Shown: positions 62,296 to 64,000 of the stretch, piece after piece
How the letters are laid out: each line of letters starts with the position of its first letter
Numbering within the stretch: position 1 is the first letter of the stretch
NCBI GenBank assembly: GCA_965215515.1
Contig: OZ244057.1
Location: 288,001 to 352,000, forward strand
Direction of reading: 5' to 3'
DNA: 64,000 nt
Source of the DNA: Oligoflexales bacterium
GTDB lineage: Bacteria > Bdellovibrionota_B > Oligoflexia > Oligoflexales > JAPPIL01
Program-made: the position numbers and the translations under genes
Notes under the pieces: generated by a model
The model's database searches: none
The model's input: only the letters and a program-made list of their open reading frames with translations
Told to the model about the DNA's origin: nothing

Positions 62296-63702
62296 TTACT
62301 CATGCAACTCCGCCCGCAAAGCAAAATCTTTGTGGTTGGGCAAACACTCGATGTAGCCGTGCTGTGAATTGCGCCGCAAAAGCATCCCATCTCGCCCCGA
62401 CAACGTACGAGCATGCACCGTCTCGCTCCGCTCCGCTTCGCCAGGCTTGTTTGCCGCTTTCTTGCTCCACTCCGCTTCGCCAGGCTTGTTTGCCGCTTTC
62501 TTGCTCCACTCCGCTTCGCCAGGCTTGTTTGCCGCTTTCTTGCTCCACTCCGCTTCGCCAGGCTTGTTTGCCGCTTTCTTGCTCCACTCCGCTTCGCCAG
62601 GCTTGTTTGCCGCTTTCTTGCTCCACTCCGCTTCGCCAGGCTTGTTTGCCGCTTTCTTGCTCCACTCCGCTTCGCCAGGCTTGTTTGCCGCTTTCTTGCT
62701 CCACTCCGCTTCGCCAGGCTTGTTTGCCGCTTTCTTGCTCCACTCCGCTTCGCCAGGCTTGTTTGCCGCTTTCTCGCTCCACTCCGCTTCGCCAGGCTTG
62801 TTTGCCGCTTTCTCGCTCCGCCCCTTCTCGCGCACTACCACCTTCGTCCCCGCCGTAACATACAGACCCGCCTCGACCGTGCAGTTGTCCCCCAAAGCAA
62901 TCCCAATACCCGCATTAGCACCGATCAAACAATTACGCCCGACCGAGACGAGCGTGTCGTTGCCACCCGATAACGTGCCCATCGTGCTCGCCCCGCCACC
63001 GAGATCACTGCCCGCGGCAAGTACCACACCCTGCGAGACGCGCCCCTCCACCATGTTAGGGCCGACCGTGCCCGCATTGAAATTGATAAACCCCGCAGGC
63101 ATGACCGTCGTACCCTCACCGAGATACGCACCGAGCCGTACCCGTGCGGTGTCCGCAATACGCACACCCGCGGGCACAACATAGTCGAGCAGCGGCGGAA
63201 ATTTATCCAGTGCGAAAATATGCAACACTTGTCGCGCCAAACGTGCCCGCAGTAAACGGGCTGCGATCTCCCGTCCATCGATCGCCCCCGCACTCGTCCA
63301 AGCCACCGTGGGTAAAATTTTAAAAATTCCCCGCAAGTCAACCGTATTGGGTTTGACTAAACGATGCGAAAGCAAATGTAACTTCAAGTAAGCCTCTGCA
63401 ACACTCGTCAGCCTCCCATCGCGTCTGATCACCGTTAACACCAACCGTCGCGAGGGATCACGCAACGCCTCGCTCGCGACTAACGCACGCAGCAAAGGTG
63501 ACGCGGCGAACTTGTTCGCCTCAGCGGCAGTCAACACACGGTAAGCACTGTCTTGAGCAAATTGCGCGGCAGAAAAAAAATCCCGCACCTCACGCACCTC
63601 GGGCTGTAGTTGCGGCGCAGGATAGTAGACCTCGATGCACTCACCGCGGCTGTTGAGGGTTGCCAAGCCCGCACCGAAAGCAAAACAACTAGCATCTGCC
63701 AT
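62296..63702 (-). CDS. dapD: Tetrahydrodipicolinate N-succinyltransferase with an in-frame ~130-aa repeat insertion
   Basis: Motifs AYLKLHLLSHRLVKP, DKFP, RVRLGAYLGEGTTVM, VEAGLYVTAGTKV and LLRRNS. Confidence 0.92.
   Translation of the reverse strand: MADASCFAFGAGLATLNSRGECIEVYYPAPQLQPEVREVRDFFSAAQFAQDSAYRVLTAAEANKFAASPLLRALVASEALRDPSRRLVLTVIRRDGRLTSVAEAYLKLHLLSHRLVKPNTVDLRGIFKILPTVAWTSAGAIDGREIAARLLRARLARQVLHIFALDKFPPLLDYVVPAGVRIADTARVRLGAYLGEGTTVMPAGFINFNAGTVGPNMVEGRVSQGVVLAAGSDLGGGASTMGTLSGGNDTLVSVGRNCLIGANAGIGIALGDNCTVEAGLYVTAGTKVVVREKGRSEKAANKPGEAEWSEKAANKPGEAEWSKKAANKPGEAEWSKKAANKPGEAEWSKKAANKPGEAEWSKKAANKPGEAEWSKKAANKPGEAEWSKKAANKPGEAEWSKKAANKPGEAEWSKKAANKPGEAERSETVHARTLSGRDGMLLRRNSQHGYIECLPNHKDFALRAELHE
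62429..62820. repeat. 10 x 39-bp tandem repeat inside dapD, encoding S(K/E)KAANKPGEAEW
   Basis: CCAGGCTTG recurs every 39 bp from 62441 to 62792. Confidence 0.97.
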
Positions 63703-63703
63703 G

Positions 63704-64000
63704 TCACCCTTCCGCAAAACGCACCAGATGATGGCGTTTACGGCCGCACCGCAAGACAACATAACCACCTGCCAGCAACTGGGCCGCCGTTATCTGCATC
63801 TGCACATCCGTAACCCGCACATCGTTAACATAAATACCACCGCCTGCGATAGCACGCCTCGCCTGCCCCCGCGAAGCACACATCCCCGTCTCGGTCAAGA
63901 GAGCGCACAAAGCGACACCTTGTGCCAACTCGGCACGGGGACGCACACTCTGCGCAGTCGTGGCGAAACGTGCACGCAGCGTCGCAACATCGACTTCCGT
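63704..64000 (-). CDS. tyrS: Tyrosine--tRNA ligase, C-terminal S4 domain (partial)
   Basis: SRGQARRAIAGGGIYVND...VVLRCGRKRHHLV. Confidence 0.8.
   Translation of the reverse strand, partial: TEVDVATLRARFATTAQSVRPRAELAQGVALCALLTETGMCASRGQARRAIAGGGIYVNDVRVTDVQMQITAAQLLAGGYVVLRCGRKRHHLVRFAEG

Noticed and set aside
62300..62782. Alternative-frame ORF (EQESGKQAWRSGV repeats) just upstream of DUF692
   Set aside because: It starts inside the array and lies wholly within dapD; it is a shadow frame of the repeat.
62429..62820. Possible CRISPR array
   Set aside because: The units are head-to-tail with no unique spacers, lie in frame within dapD, and there are no cas genes.
62151..62973. Plus-strand Cys-repeat ORFs (LRQACLPLSCSTP; LAPLRFARLVCRF) as the MNIO precursor
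   Set aside because: They are antisense to dapD (one also overlaps DUF692), have no signal peptide or clear RBS, and are open only because the 39-bp unit lacks stop codons. Stranded RNA-seq would settle it.
1..64000. tRNA, rRNA or prophage genes
   Set aside because: None were recognised by eye; no covariance-model search was run.

Overview
This is a 64-kb bacterial chromosome segment. The gene content (rho-rpmE-prfA, RNase Y, Pal, Mpl, LPS core enzymes, many lipoproteins) suggests a Gram-negative, Bdellovibrionota/Oligoflexia-like and possibly host-associated organism; that assignment is inference only. The backbone is housekeeping: waaA, a GT9 heptosyltransferase, nadK, ppiD-like, cusCBA, degP-like, recJ, dprA, rho, rpmE, prfA, folK, pdxA, uvrA-like, ldcA, mpl, pal, rny, dapD and tyrS. 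It is interrupted by several accessory regions. (i) 1.9-13.1 kb: an AT-rich surface-modification island with three paralogous GT-C-like membrane proteins, a methyltransferase, a sulfatase-like protein and several relics that share swapped gene ends. (ii) 14-17.8 kb: orphan exported genes, each preceded by a ~20-bp dispersed repeat, next to a truncated sdaA. (iii) 33.6-34.7 kb: an NYN ribonuclease with a structured leader, bounded by 71-bp direct repeats. (iv) Eukaryote-like exported proteins (TSP1-like, ankyrin-like) and a lipoprotein pair with conserved ends and variable middles. (v) A dapD gene with an in-frame 10x39-bp insertion, directly upstream of a DUF692/DUF2063 RiPP-type maturase pair that has no obvious precursor gene. 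All product calls come from motif recognition by eye; no database searches were run.
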